A stretch of 64,000 nt of DNA, from assembly GCA_964403085.1 (NCBI GenBank), contig CAYOEN010000002.1, forward strand, positions 7,715 to 71,714, given 5' to 3'. Of the stretch, positions 34,067 through 43,206 are shown piece after piece. Position 1 is the first letter of the stretch, and every line of letters starts with the position of its first letter. The notes below the pieces were generated by a model. The model did not search any database. It was not told the origin of the DNA and worked only from the letters and a program-made list of their open reading frames with translations. The DNA is from an uncultured Faecalibacterium sp. GTDB lineage: Bacteria > Bacillota > Clostridia > Oscillospirales > Acutalibacteraceae. The position numbers and the translations under genes are program-made.

Positions 34067-34957
34067 ATGTTTCAGAAAATTATTTCATTCTTTATGGCAA
34101 TTGTTTCGTTTTTCATGTCGCTTTTCGGTATCGGAACAGTAGGCAAAAACAGCTATATCTATAAAGATTTAAGATATGGCGCTGCAGAGCGCAACACTCT
34201 CGACCTTTATGTTCCGAAGGATGCGAAGGGCAGTTGCGGTCTTGTTCTCAATATTCACGGCGGCGCCTGGATAGTAGGGGACAAGTCTGCCTATGATGAC
34301 GACACCCTTTCCTACATAAGCGACGATCTTGGATTCGCCGCAGCCTCAATTAATTATCGTTATATTAGCGATGACGTAGATGTTCTTGATATTCTCGAAG
34401 ATATTGATGCTGCTTTGCGCACTATCAAGGATAAAGCTTTGGAAACCGGAGCGGTTATTGACCGCGTTGCTTTGACGGGTGTTTCTGCAGGAGCACATCT
34501 TGCTTTGTTGTATGGATATAAATATGCTCTTACAGCACCTATGAAGATATCTTTCATTGCTTCTTATTGCGGACCCACCGATCTTTCGGACACAAACTTT
34601 TATTCATCATGTCCCGACCTCGGCTCGCAGGAGGATATTTGCAATCTTATGTCAAAGGCCTGTGGCAAAAAGTTCAACATGGATACCTATGCTTCGGCAA
34701 TTCCGAACCTTAAAGCCGCTTCACCGATAACATATGTCAGCTCTGTTTGCCCGCCAACGATTATTGCGCACGGAAAAAAAGACACCATTGTTCCGTTTTC
34801 CAATGCGGTAAAACTTGATGCTGCGCTCGGTGCAGTCGGAGTCAAACATGATTTTGTAATTTACGAAAACTCCAATCATGGTCTTGAAAGCGATTCCGAC
34901 AGTGCAAAAGCTGTTGATAAATTACTTGAGCAGTATATCAAAGATTATCTCAAGTGA
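34067..34957 (+). CDS. alpha/beta hydrolase (esterase/lipase, HGG type)
   Basis: N-terminal hydrophobic anchor, oxyanion motif HGGAW, nucleophile elbow GVSAGAH. ATG 34067 follows AAGGAG. Confidence 0.8.
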   Translation: MFQKIISFFMAIVSFFMSLFGIGTVGKNSYIYKDLRYGAAERNTLDLYVPKDAKGSCGLVLNIHGGAWIVGDKSAYDDDTLSYISDDLGFAAASINYRYISDDVDVLDILEDIDAALRTIKDKALETGAVIDRVALTGVSAGAHLALLYGYKYALTAPMKISFIASYCGPTDLSDTNFYSSCPDLGSQEDICNLMSKACGKKFNMDTYASAIPNLKAASPITYVSSVCPPTIIAHGKKDTIVPFSNAVKLDAALGAVGVKHDFVIYENSNHGLESDSDSAKAVDKLLEQYIKDYLK

Positions 34958-34997
34958 TAACAGCGCTTTTTGAGATAGTTTAATCTGTATTAAAACA

Positions 34998-35035
34998 ACA
35001 GAGCACACCATTGCGAATGATGTGCTCTGTTTTTA
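34998..35035 (+). terminator. intrinsic terminator
   Basis: Stem ACAGAGCACA / TGTGCTCTGT followed by TTTTT. Confidence 0.8.
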
Positions 35036-35125
35036 AGTTGACGAAAGCTCAAGCTCGTGCAGATTTATTGATAATACTGCTCAATGCTTCGGCAATTGAA
35101 AACTATTGTTTACGGCGAAAAAGCG

Positions 35126-35154
35126 TTGACACGATACAGTGAATGAATTATAAT
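35126..35154 (+). promoter_or_regulatory. orphan perfect-consensus sigma-A promoter
   Basis: TTGACA (35126-35131), exactly 17 nt, TATAAT (35149-35154). No ORF starts within 300 nt downstream, and it points into the antisense of tRNA-Lys. Confidence 0.6.
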
Positions 35155-35188
35155 AAAAAGAAAACCGACAAAATCTGACATCGGTTTT
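35152..35188 (-). terminator. second (distal) terminator-like hairpin after tRNA-Lys
   Basis: AAAACCGA / TCGGTTTT stem. On the - strand it is followed by CTTTTTATTAT. Confidence 0.45.
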
Positions 35189-35220
35189 CAAAAACGATCA
35201 TTTAAGAAAATCGGGCGAAC

Positions 35221-35267
35221 GAAAACAAAGAAAAACGTTCCGAAACCGATGAAGTTACGGAACGTTT
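35221..35267 (-). terminator. intrinsic terminator of tRNA-Lys
   Basis: Stem AAACGTTCCG / CGGAACGTTT. On the - strand it is followed by TTCTTTGTTTTC. Confidence 0.7.
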
Positions 35268-35272
35268 GTATC

Positions 35273-35348
35273 TGGTGATCCATCGGAGATTCGAACTCCG
35301 GACACCTTGATTAAAAGTCAAGTGCTCTGCCGGCTGAGCTAATGGATC
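35273..35348 (-). tRNA. tRNA-Lys (anticodon UUU)
   Basis: Reverse complement reads GATCCATTAGCTCAGCCGGCAGAGCACTTGACTTTTAATCAAGGTGTCCGGAGTTCGAATCTCCGATGGATCACCA. Acceptor is GATCCAT/ATGGATC, anticodon loop CTTTTAA, T-loop GTTCGAATC, with encoded CCA. Confidence 0.9.
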
Positions 35349-35361
35349 AAACAGCTTGAAT

Positions 35362-35390
35362 ATGATAGCTTATTTTGCAAAAAATGTCAA
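35362..35390 (-). promoter_or_regulatory. tRNA-Lys promoter
   Basis: On the - strand: TTGACA, 17-nt spacer, TATCAT, about 13 nt before the tRNA 5' end. Confidence 0.6.
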
Positions 35391-35464
35391 CCCTTTTTTC
35401 AATTTTTTTCTGATTTTTTTAATTTTATATTTTCATTTGTAGTTTTAGCAATAAGGAGGATTTT

Positions 35465-36574
35465 ATGCTGTTATCCAATCTTAGTTATGTCGATAAAAAT
35501 TTCAATATCAAAAAGGGAAACATCTGCCTTGAAAATTCCCGAATCAAATCGCTTGGCGGTGACAGTGACGGCGAAAACATGGACGGACTTTTGGCGTTAC
35601 CCGGCTTTGTGGATATACATACTCACGGCGGTGACGGAGTTGACTGGTGCGACAAAGACGAAGACAAACTTCAAAAACTTTCGCTTTATTATGCGCTGCA
35701 CGGAGTTACGTCTGTCTGTCCGACAACAATGACGCTGCCGGAGAGCGAACTTTCGTCAATACTCAAAGCGATTGAGAAGCTGAAAGGTTGCGAAGGCGGC
35801 GCATATATCCATGGGATAAACCTTGAAGGCCCGTATATATCATATGATAAGCGCGGCGCACAAAACCCCGAATATATACGTCCGGCAAGCGTAGATGAAT
35901 TTGAACGATTGAATGCGGCGAGCGAAGTTCTTCTTGTTGATCTCGCTCCCGAAATTGACGGAGCAATAAGCTTCGCTGCAAATATCGCAAAAAAAGCAGT
36001 TTGCAGTGTTGCTCACACAAATGCAACCTTTGCCGAAGCAAAGAGAGGACTTGACAACGGTTTCACTCATGTAACACACCTTTTTAACGCAATGACACCG
36101 TTTGAAAGCAGAGCTCCGGGCGCCGTCGGAGCTGTGTTCGATTCCGACCGTGCAACAGCCGAACTTATCTGTGACGGCTTTCATCTTGCGCCACAGACTG
36201 TCAGGCTGGCCTTTAAAATTCTCGGTGCGCACCGCGCTGTTGCAATAAGTGATTCCCTCAGCAGCGCAGGGTGCAAAGACGGTGAATATGTTCTCGGCGG
36301 TCAAAAAGTTATCGTCAAAGACTCGCGCGCCCACCTTGAGGACGGAACAATAGCCGGAAGCACAACAAATCTTTTTGACGAATTTAAAAACCTTCTGTCT
36401 TTCTCAATCCCGTTTACCGACGCACTCGCTGCGTGCACAATTAACCCGGCACGCGTCATCGGCAGGGATAAAATTTGCGGAAGCATTGAAGAAGGAAAGA
36501 ATGCCGATATTATTTTCGTCACTGCGCAAATGGAGTTAAAACACGTTATGGTTAAAGGAAAAATGATCTTTTGA
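35465..36574 (+). CDS. nagA: N-acetylglucosamine-6-phosphate deacetylase
   Basis: Amidohydrolase metal motif PGFVDIHTHGG and ELICDGFH, 369 aa, RBS AAGGAGG. Confidence 0.85.
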   Translation: MLLSNLSYVDKNFNIKKGNICLENSRIKSLGGDSDGENMDGLLALPGFVDIHTHGGDGVDWCDKDEDKLQKLSLYYALHGVTSVCPTTMTLPESELSSILKAIEKLKGCEGGAYIHGINLEGPYISYDKRGAQNPEYIRPASVDEFERLNAASEVLLVDLAPEIDGAISFAANIAKKAVCSVAHTNATFAEAKRGLDNGFTHVTHLFNAMTPFESRAPGAVGAVFDSDRATAELICDGFHLAPQTVRLAFKILGAHRAVAISDSLSSAGCKDGEYVLGGQKVIVKDSRAHLEDGTIAGSTTNLFDEFKNLLSFSIPFTDALAACTINPARVIGRDKICGSIEEGKNADIIFVTAQMELKHVMVKGKMIF

Positions 36575-36575
36575 G

Positions 36576-36604
36576 TTGAAATATCCCTTGATTTGTGGTA
36601 TCAT
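36576..36604 (+). promoter_or_regulatory. candidate promoter of the apgM unit
   Basis: TTGAAA, 17-nt spacer, TGGTATCAT (extended -10). The ~95-nt leader has two small hairpins (GACAGC/GCTGTC and GACGC/GCGTC). Confidence 0.55.
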
Positions 36605-36698
36605 ATTCTTTAATTCATTGACAGCGCGCTTGCTGTCTGTCGTTAAAAATTTTACGAAAGGATTGGACGCTTTTTAAATATGCGTCTGTGACTGATTT

Positions 36699-37913
36699 AT
36701 GAAATATCTTGTTGTTCTTTATGATGGTATGGCAGATTATCCCGTTCCCGCTCTCGGAGGTAAAACGCCGATGATGTGCGCTAAAAAGCCGCGCTTTGAC
36801 TCGCTCGCAAGGCGCAGTACCGTTGGTCTTGTGAAAACGGTAGATGACTCTTTGAAACCGGGAAGCGATGTCGCAAACATGAGCGTTATGGGGCTTGATC
36901 CGCTCAAATACTATACTGGACGCTCTCCGCTCGAAGCGGTCAGCATCGGAGTTGAACTTTTGGATGACGATGTCACTTTGCGTTGTAATCTTGTCACGCT
37001 TTCCGATGACGAAAGCTATGAAGACAAAACAATGATTGATTATTCAGCCGGTGACATTTCAACAGCCGAAGCCGCTGAAATAATGAAAAGCGTTCAGCAG
37101 CATTTCGGAAACGATAAATTTTCATATTACAGAGGTGTAAGCTACCGCCACTGTCTTGTTGTTCATGGCGGCACCACTGAGCTTGGTAACATGACACCGC
37201 CGCACGATATCAGCGGAAGGGTAGTCGGATCTCATTTGTCAACCTCCGAAAACGCCGCAGAACTCGTAGCAATGATGAAAGAAAGCTATGAGCTTTTAAA
37301 GAATCATCCCGTAAACCTCAAACGAATCGCTGAAGGCAAGCGCCCGGCAAACTCAATCTGGCTTTGGGGCGAGGGTAAAAAGCCGATTTTGCCCTCATTT
37401 GAAAGTCTTTACGGCTTGAAGGGCTCCGTTATATCCGCCGTTGACCTGTTAAAAGGTATTGCTATCAGTGCAAAGATGGCCGCGCCCGATGTTGAGGGCG
37501 CAACCGGATATATTGACACAAACTTTGAAGGCAAGGCGAAAGCCGCCGTTGATGAGCTTGAAGCCGGAAAAGATTTTGTATATCTTCACTTTGAAGCTCC
37601 CGATGAATGCGGTCACAGAAACGAACCCGATAACAAAGTGCGCGCAATCGAACTTATTGACGAACGCGTTTTGCCGATCCTTTTGGATGCTCTGGAAAAA
37701 TACGATGATTATAAAATCATGATCCTTCCCGATCATCCGACGCCTATCGTGACCATGACACACGCGAGAGACGCCGTGCCGTTCATGATATATCACAAAA
37801 ACAAAGAAGTTGACGGCGTTGAAACCATAAACGAAGAAACCGCAGCTTCCACAGGTCTTTTTGTTGAAAGAGGACCGCAGCTTATGAAGCTTTTCTTGTC
37901 AAAGGAGGATTGA
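36699..37913 (+). CDS. cofactor-independent phosphoglycerate mutase, archaeal type (ApgM family)
   Basis: Starts MKYLVVLYDGMADYP, metal-site region EAPDECGHRN, 404 aa alkaline-phosphatase-superfamily pattern. Confidence 0.8.
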   Translation: MKYLVVLYDGMADYPVPALGGKTPMMCAKKPRFDSLARRSTVGLVKTVDDSLKPGSDVANMSVMGLDPLKYYTGRSPLEAVSIGVELLDDDVTLRCNLVTLSDDESYEDKTMIDYSAGDISTAEAAEIMKSVQQHFGNDKFSYYRGVSYRHCLVVHGGTTELGNMTPPHDISGRVVGSHLSTSENAAELVAMMKESYELLKNHPVNLKRIAEGKRPANSIWLWGEGKKPILPSFESLYGLKGSVISAVDLLKGIAISAKMAAPDVEGATGYIDTNFEGKAKAAVDELEAGKDFVYLHFEAPDECGHRNEPDNKVRAIELIDERVLPILLDALEKYDDYKIMILPDHPTPIVTMTHARDAVPFMIYHKNKEVDGVETINEETAASTGLFVERGPQLMKLFLSKED

Positions 37914-37915
37914 AT

Positions 37916-38599
37916 ATGAGCAAGATTCTTATCGTTGACGATGATGTGGCAATTGCAAATCTTGTGTCAGACGCGCTTGGCGATGAGGGGTTTGAAACAG
38001 TTGTATGTTCGGACGGAAACGAAGCGCTTGAATATATCGAACAGCACACAATTGACATTTCGCTTATCACTCTTGATATAATGATGCCCGGTCTCAGTGG
38101 GCTTGAGCTTTGCAGAATGATAAGAGACAAAGTTGATTGCCCGATAATTTTTGTCTCTGCCAAAGGAAAAACGCTCGACACTGTTCTTGGACTCGAAATG
38201 GGCGGAGACGATTATATTTCAAAACCGTTCGTCGTTGAAGAACTCGTTGCAAGAGTTAAGGCTCATCTTCGCCGCGAGCAACGAAGAGGGGACATCAACG
38301 AAGAAGGTGTCATTAAAGTCGGTGACATCGAAATTCACACCGGTTCTTTTGAAGTTTTCAAGAACGGACAATCAATTCAGTTTTCGACAAGAGAATTCCA
38401 GCTGCTTCAATATTTGATGGAAAACGCCGGAAAGGTACTTACTCGCGAACAGATATTCAGCCATGTATGGGACACGGAGTTCGGTGATATCGGTACGGTT
38501 GCGGTTAATATCAAGAGCATCAGAGACAAGCTTGATCCGAATAATGAATACATTAAAACCGTTTGGGGTGTAGGTTACAAATTTGTAAAAATACACTAA
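37916..38599 (+). CDS. OmpR/PhoB-family response regulator
   Basis: Receiver domain (ILIVDDD, LDIMMPGLSG, KP) and a winged-helix C-terminus (VWGVGYKF). Its RBS AAGGAGG lies inside the apgM 3' end. Confidence 0.9.
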   Translation: MSKILIVDDDVAIANLVSDALGDEGFETVVCSDGNEALEYIEQHTIDISLITLDIMMPGLSGLELCRMIRDKVDCPIIFVSAKGKTLDTVLGLEMGGDDYISKPFVVEELVARVKAHLRREQRRGDINEEGVIKVGDIEIHTGSFEVFKNGQSIQFSTREFQLLQYLMENAGKVLTREQIFSHVWDTEFGDIGTVAVNIKSIRDKLDPNNEYIKTVWGVGYKFVKIH

Positions 38600-38612
38600 A
38601 AGGATTTAAGTG

Positions 38613-39896
38613 ATGACAAAAGATATAAAAGCCAACATTGTTGTTATCTTGCTTTTTTTGGGTGTCATAGTTGCTTTTTCGTATTCATATAACGCCTATG
38701 TGACAACTGCGGTAACCGATTCTGCGTATAACGACGAAGAAAGTCTGAAACAGTATAACGCAGAGATAATCGAAAAACTCGGCGAAACAAACAGCACTGC
38801 CGAATGGTCGTCCATTGTTGAGCAGTATCGTGACATTGTAATAGTTATCGAAAACAGCTCAAACGAGGTTGTTACCCGTTCCAAAAACCGTGACTGGACA
38901 GCGCTCGACGTTAAGGTCAGAACAGCTTTTGAATACAAAAACAAGGCCTACATGATAATCTCTTCTGTTTATTTTCTGCGTGATTATGAAAATGACAGTC
39001 GAATTTTGGTTCGCTTTGTTTTCGTTGAATTTTTAATCGGTCTTTCTGCGCTTTGTTTGTTGATTTTTGTAATATATACAATGATGCTTCGTCCTTATCG
39101 AAAATTCTATCAACTGATCGAAGAATACGAAAAAGGCAAAACGCTTTCCAAACACCGATTCAAAGGCTATATCGGTCACGTTTACGACCGCTTTGTTTCC
39201 TTAACGAGAAATCTTGAACACCAGCAACAAAATCAGCAAAGAATAATAGCTTCCATCTCTCACGACATTAAAACGCCGCTGACTTCCATTCTCGGCTATG
39301 CAGAGAGAATTAAAAACGGAAACATCAGCAACGAAAGAAAATTGCAATACCTTGACACCGTTTACGGCAAAGCACTGGAAATTCAGGAGCTTGTTGATGA
39401 ATTCGATGAATATCTCAGCTATAATATGACCAAGCAGGTCCACACAGAACGAGTTGACACAAAGCAGCTTGTTGATTTGCTGAAGTATGAATATGCCGAT
39501 GAGCTTGAAATGTCGGGTATATCTTTTAAGGTGATAAATAATGCCGAAAAAGCAGCGGTGATGATTGATAAAACGAAAATGAGACGCGTTTTCGGAAATA
39601 TAATCGGCAACAGCGTTAAGCATATGCTTTCAGAGGAAAAGAAAATCGAAGTTGAAATATCAGCAACCAGAGACGATGTTTTAATATCAATGAGCGATAA
39701 CGGTGAAGGTGTTGAAGAAGAAAAACTTGAAATTATTTTCGAACCGCTTTATACCTCCGATGAAGGCAGACGAGTCGCCGGTCTCGGTCTGGCAATATGC
39801 CGCGAGATCGTTTCAAGTCACGGCGGCAGTATATATGCCTGTCGCTCGAAATACGGTGGTCTCAGCGTGTGCATTGAACTTCAAAGATGTAAATAA
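38613..39896 (+). CDS. sensor histidine kinase
   Basis: Two TM helices flank a ~110-aa extracytoplasmic loop. H-box SHDIKTPLTSILGY; N/G boxes GNSVKH, DNGEGV and GLGLAICR. Confidence 0.85.
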   Translation: MTKDIKANIVVILLFLGVIVAFSYSYNAYVTTAVTDSAYNDEESLKQYNAEIIEKLGETNSTAEWSSIVEQYRDIVIVIENSSNEVVTRSKNRDWTALDVKVRTAFEYKNKAYMIISSVYFLRDYENDSRILVRFVFVEFLIGLSALCLLIFVIYTMMLRPYRKFYQLIEEYEKGKTLSKHRFKGYIGHVYDRFVSLTRNLEHQQQNQQRIIASISHDIKTPLTSILGYAERIKNGNISNERKLQYLDTVYGKALEIQELVDEFDEYLSYNMTKQVHTERVDTKQLVDLLKYEYADELEMSGISFKVINNAEKAAVMIDKTKMRRVFGNIIGNSVKHMLSEEKKIEVEISATRDDVLISMSDNGEGVEEEKLEIIFEPLYTSDEGRRVAGLGLAICREIVSSHGGSIYACRSKYGGLSVCIELQRCK

Positions 39897-39922
39897 AACA
39901 TTTGACCGTTAGGGGTATGGTA

Positions 39923-41299
39923 ATGAAAACAAAGAAGAACGCGGTTATTAAAAAGAACGATGAAATCACCCTTGAAATAACCGCGATTACTTCGCAGGGC
40001 AGCGGAGTGGGTCGCTTTGAGTCGATGGCGGTTTTTGTTGAAGGTACTGCTCCGGGCGATATTGTTTTAGCTCATATAATTCTCGTTAAACAAAACTATG
40101 CAATCGGAATAATTAAAAAAATCCTAAAGGCATCAAAGTCGAGAATTTCATGTGATTGCGGCGTTGCCGGCTCCTGCGGAGGGTGTTCGTTCCGCCACAT
40201 TGAATATGAAGAAGAGCTTCATTTTAAAAGGCAACGCGTCCGAGATGCATTCGAAAGAATAGGCGGTCTCGATGTTGAAGTCGGCGAAATTATTACAACA
40301 GGGAAGACTTCACGTTACAGAAATAAGGCGCAGTATCCTGTCGCTCTGACCCCTCAGGGAAAAACATTGATTGGCTTTTACGCAAAAAAGAGCCATCGCG
40401 TTGTTGATTGCAGAGATTGTCTTTTGCAACCTTCGGAATTTTCGGCGCTGCTTCGCGTTGTTGAACGTTGGGCAGCAGAATACGATATATCAATTTATGA
40501 CGAAAAGCAAAAGACCGGTCTCCTTCGTCATATTTATATTCGCAAAGCTTTCAAAACCGGGCAAATTATGCTTTGCCTCGTTGTGACAAGTAAAATTGTG
40601 CCACATGTCGAAAAACTTGTAAAAGCGCTCTTTTTGCAAGAACCGTCAATAAAAAGCATTGTTATCAACGTAAATTCAAAAGACACAAACGTTGTCCTTT
40701 CAAAAGATTGCATCACTGTTTGGGGCGAAGATTTCATTGAAGATGAACTTTGTTCATTACGCTTCAAGATTTCGCCGCTTTCATTTTTCCAAGTCAACCC
40801 CGAAGGAGCGCAGCTTTTATATGAAAAAGCCGCCGAATACGCTTCTTTGACAGGAAAGGAAACTGTGTTAGATCTTTATTGCGGAACCGGCACAATCGGA
40901 CTTTCCATGGCCAAAAAGGCCAAAGCTATTATTGGCGTTGAAATAATCGAACAGGCTATCGAAAATGCCGTTGAAAACGCAAAGCTAAACGGAATAAGCA
41001 ACGCACGATTCTTTTGCGATGATGCTTCGGGAGCATCAAAACGTCTTAGCGAAAGCGGCGAAAAGATTGACGTAATAATTCTCGATCCGCCGAGAAAAGG
41101 CTGCTCACACGATGTTATTGCCGCTTCGGCTTCAATGAAACCCGAACGCATTGTTTATGTTTCCTGCGACCCTGCAACCCTTGCGAGAGATTGCGCCGCT
41201 TTTAAAGAATTCGGATATCGAGTCAACAATGTGACACCCGTTGATATGTTTCCGAGAACCACCCATGTGGAGACGGTATGTCTGCTGTCAAAAGCATAA
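39923..41299 (+). CDS. 23S rRNA (uracil-C5)-methyltransferase RlmD/RumA family
   Basis: TRAM domain, Fe-S Cys cluster CDCGVAGSCGGCSF, SAM motif DLYCGTGTIG, DPPRKG. Start candidates are 39902 (TTG), 39917 and 39923 (ATG). Confidence 0.85.
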   Translation: MKTKKNAVIKKNDEITLEITAITSQGSGVGRFESMAVFVEGTAPGDIVLAHIILVKQNYAIGIIKKILKASKSRISCDCGVAGSCGGCSFRHIEYEEELHFKRQRVRDAFERIGGLDVEVGEIITTGKTSRYRNKAQYPVALTPQGKTLIGFYAKKSHRVVDCRDCLLQPSEFSALLRVVERWAAEYDISIYDEKQKTGLLRHIYIRKAFKTGQIMLCLVVTSKIVPHVEKLVKALFLQEPSIKSIVINVNSKDTNVVLSKDCITVWGEDFIEDELCSLRFKISPLSFFQVNPEGAQLLYEKAAEYASLTGKETVLDLYCGTGTIGLSMAKKAKAIIGVEIIEQAIENAVENAKLNGISNARFFCDDASGASKRLSESGEKIDVIILDPPRKGCSHDVIAASASMKPERIVYVSCDPATLARDCAAFKEFGYRVNNVTPVDMFPRTTHVETVCLLSKA

Positions 41300-41320
41300 C
41301 CGACAATACTGAATTTAGCA

Positions 41321-41359
41321 AAAAACCGGCCGGTAGCTATTGCGCTGCGGTCGGTTTTT
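41321..41359. terminator. bidirectional intrinsic terminator between convergent genes
   Basis: AAAAACCGGCCG / CGGTCGGTTTTT has an A-run on one side and a T-run on the other. Confidence 0.75.
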
Positions 41360-41394
41360 GGTTTTAATCTCTGTTTAATAATATGCGCTATTGA

Positions 41395-41952
41395 TTATTT
41401 CAGTTTTTCCCCGTCTTTAAAGGCGTTTCCGACCTTTTCACCGAGGGCGATATATGTATGATTCATACCATCATAAGTTATCGGGCACAGCTTCATCGGG
41501 TCGATTTTTCCATCGGTCAAAACGCTTTCATCCGCGCAAACATTAACAATTTCGCCAACCATACGGCAGGTATCCTTATCATAGCTTTTTAGTCTGCATT
41601 CAATGCCCATAGGCAATTCACCGATAAGCGGTGCGTTCACAAATTCACTTTTGAATGTGTGCCAGCCCGCTTTTTCAAGCTTGTTTTTAACATCGTTTGC
41701 AGAAGCGATACCGACATAATCACAAGCAACAACCGTGCCCACGGTTGCCATGCTGACCGTAAAAGCTTTTGTTTTCAAGATGTTCTTAACTGTTTTGTGC
41801 TCGGCGCTCAGACACATCGAAATTTCATTTGCTTCGCTGATTCCGCCCCAAGCAGCATTCATTGCATCGGGAACGCCGTTTTCATCGTAGGAAGCGATAA
41901 TAAGAACAGGTTGCGGATAAATAAGCGGTTTTGCTCCAAAGTTTTTTCTCAT
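41395..41952 (-). CDS. flavin reductase-like (FMN-binding split-barrel) protein
   Basis: About 185 aa with a typical flavin-reductase-domain pattern. ATG 41952 lies 8 nt after GGAGG; the track start 41967 overlaps the RBS. Confidence 0.7.
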   Translation of the reverse strand: MRKNFGAKPLIYPQPVLIIASYDENGVPDAMNAAWGGISEANEISMCLSAEHKTVKNILKTKAFTVSMATVGTVVACDYVGIASANDVKNKLEKAGWHTFKSEFVNAPLIGELPMGIECRLKSYDKDTCRMVGEIVNVCADESVLTDGKIDPMKLCPITYDGMNHTYIALGEKVGNAFKDGEKLK

Positions 41953-42090
41953 GGTTATGACCTCCATTTTTGGTTTTCTTTGCCTTGCTTTGTAAAGCGG
42001 CTTGTGGTATTATTATAAGGCATTGGGTGAATGAAAAGTTTTTCAACCTTTTGCCTTGGAATTATAATGTTATTTGGGGAGGCGAGGGCT

Positions 42091-42960
42091 ATGTGGATTG
42101 TTGCCGCTGTGCTTTCGGCTTTATTTGCTGCGTTGACATCCATACTCGCAAAGTGCGGAATACGCAAAACCGATTCGGATATTGCAACGGCGATACGAAC
42201 TATCGTTGTTTTGCTTTTTTCGTGGATAATGGTTTTTGTTGTCGGTTCTTATGATCAGCTGACATCAATCGGCGCAAAGTCATTCGTGTTCCTCGTTCTG
42301 TCCGCAATTGCCACCGGCGGCTCCTGGATCTGTTATTTTAAGGCGCTTTCTCTCGGCGATGTCAATAAGGTTGTGCCAATTGACAAGTCTAGCACAATAT
42401 TGACTGTGCTGTTGGCTATTGTCTGTTTCGGTGAAACGTCAAACCTTTCAATCAAGCTTGTTTCAACAGTGATACTCGCCGCGGGAATTTATCTTATGGT
42501 TGAAAAGAAGGAACCTCAACCGAAAAAGAAGGGGAGCGGTTGGAAAATTTACGCCGTGGCTTCGGCGGTGTTCGCCGCGCTGAGTTCTATCCTCGCTAAG
42601 GTCGGCATTGATAACGTTGAGTCCAACCTCGGAACCGCAATTCGAACCGCCGTCGTTCTTTTGATGGCGTGGGTAATCGTTTTTGCAAAAGGAAAACACT
42701 CTCAACTTAAAACTATTGAAAAACGAGAGCTGATATTTATATTGCTTTCCGGTGTTGCAACCGGTGGGTCGTGGCTTTGCTATTATTACGCAATCCAGAA
42801 CGGCGATGTCAGCGTTGTTGTTCCGATAGATAAGCTGAGTATTATACCGACAGTTCTGTTTTCATACATATTCTTCAAGGAAAAGCTGACAAAGAAAGCT
42901 TTGCTCGGTCTCGTTCTCATGGTGACAGGAACGGTTCTCATGGTGTGTTTAACAGCGTGA
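42091..42960 (+). CDS. EamA/DMT family transporter
   Basis: 10 TM helices with an obvious internal duplication (SALFAALTSILAKCGI vs SAVFAALSSILAKVGI; VPIDKSSTILTVLL vs VPIDKLSIIPTVLF). ATG 42091 follows GGGGAGG. Confidence 0.75.
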   Translation: MWIVAAVLSALFAALTSILAKCGIRKTDSDIATAIRTIVVLLFSWIMVFVVGSYDQLTSIGAKSFVFLVLSAIATGGSWICYFKALSLGDVNKVVPIDKSSTILTVLLAIVCFGETSNLSIKLVSTVILAAGIYLMVEKKEPQPKKKGSGWKIYAVASAVFAALSSILAKVGIDNVESNLGTAIRTAVVLLMAWVIVFAKGKHSQLKTIEKRELIFILLSGVATGGSWLCYYYAIQNGDVSVVVPIDKLSIIPTVLFSYIFFKEKLTKKALLGLVLMVTGTVLMVCLTA

Positions 42961-42970
42961 GAAGCGCAAA

Positions 42971-42996
42971 ACAAAAAGAGCCGCTTGAAAGCGGCT
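42971..42996 (-). terminator. terminator of tRNA-Leu
   Basis: AGCCGC/GCGGCT hairpin; on the - strand it is followed by CTTTTTGT. Confidence 0.55.
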
Positions 42997-42997
42997 G

Positions 42998-43082
42998 TGG
43001 TGCGGATAACAGGGGTCGAACCTGCACGCCGTGAAGCACAAGATCCTAAATCTTGCGTGTCTGCCAATTCCACCATATCCGC
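42998..43082 (-). tRNA. tRNA-Leu (anticodon UAG)
   Basis: Reverse complement reads GCGGATATGGTGGAATTGGCAGACACGCAAGATTTAGGATCTTGTGCTTCACGGCGTGCAGGTTCGACCCCTGTTATCCGCACCA. It has a long variable arm, anticodon loop TTTAGGA and encoded CCA. Confidence 0.9.
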
Positions 43083-43206
43083 ATTTTTGTTAATTATACA
43101 GCACAATCTTTTTTCTGTCAAGAACCCGATTTTCAAAATTACAGTTCTGAAAGCTTTGAGACATTTTGCTCTTTTTTCGTTCATATTAATTGGACGGGTG
43201 ATTTTA

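Noticed and set aside
42985-43206. 5' extension of the cwlD-like ORF
   Set aside because: It reads through the antisense of tRNA-Leu and its terminator. The ATG at 43207 gives a normal membrane-anchor N-terminus.
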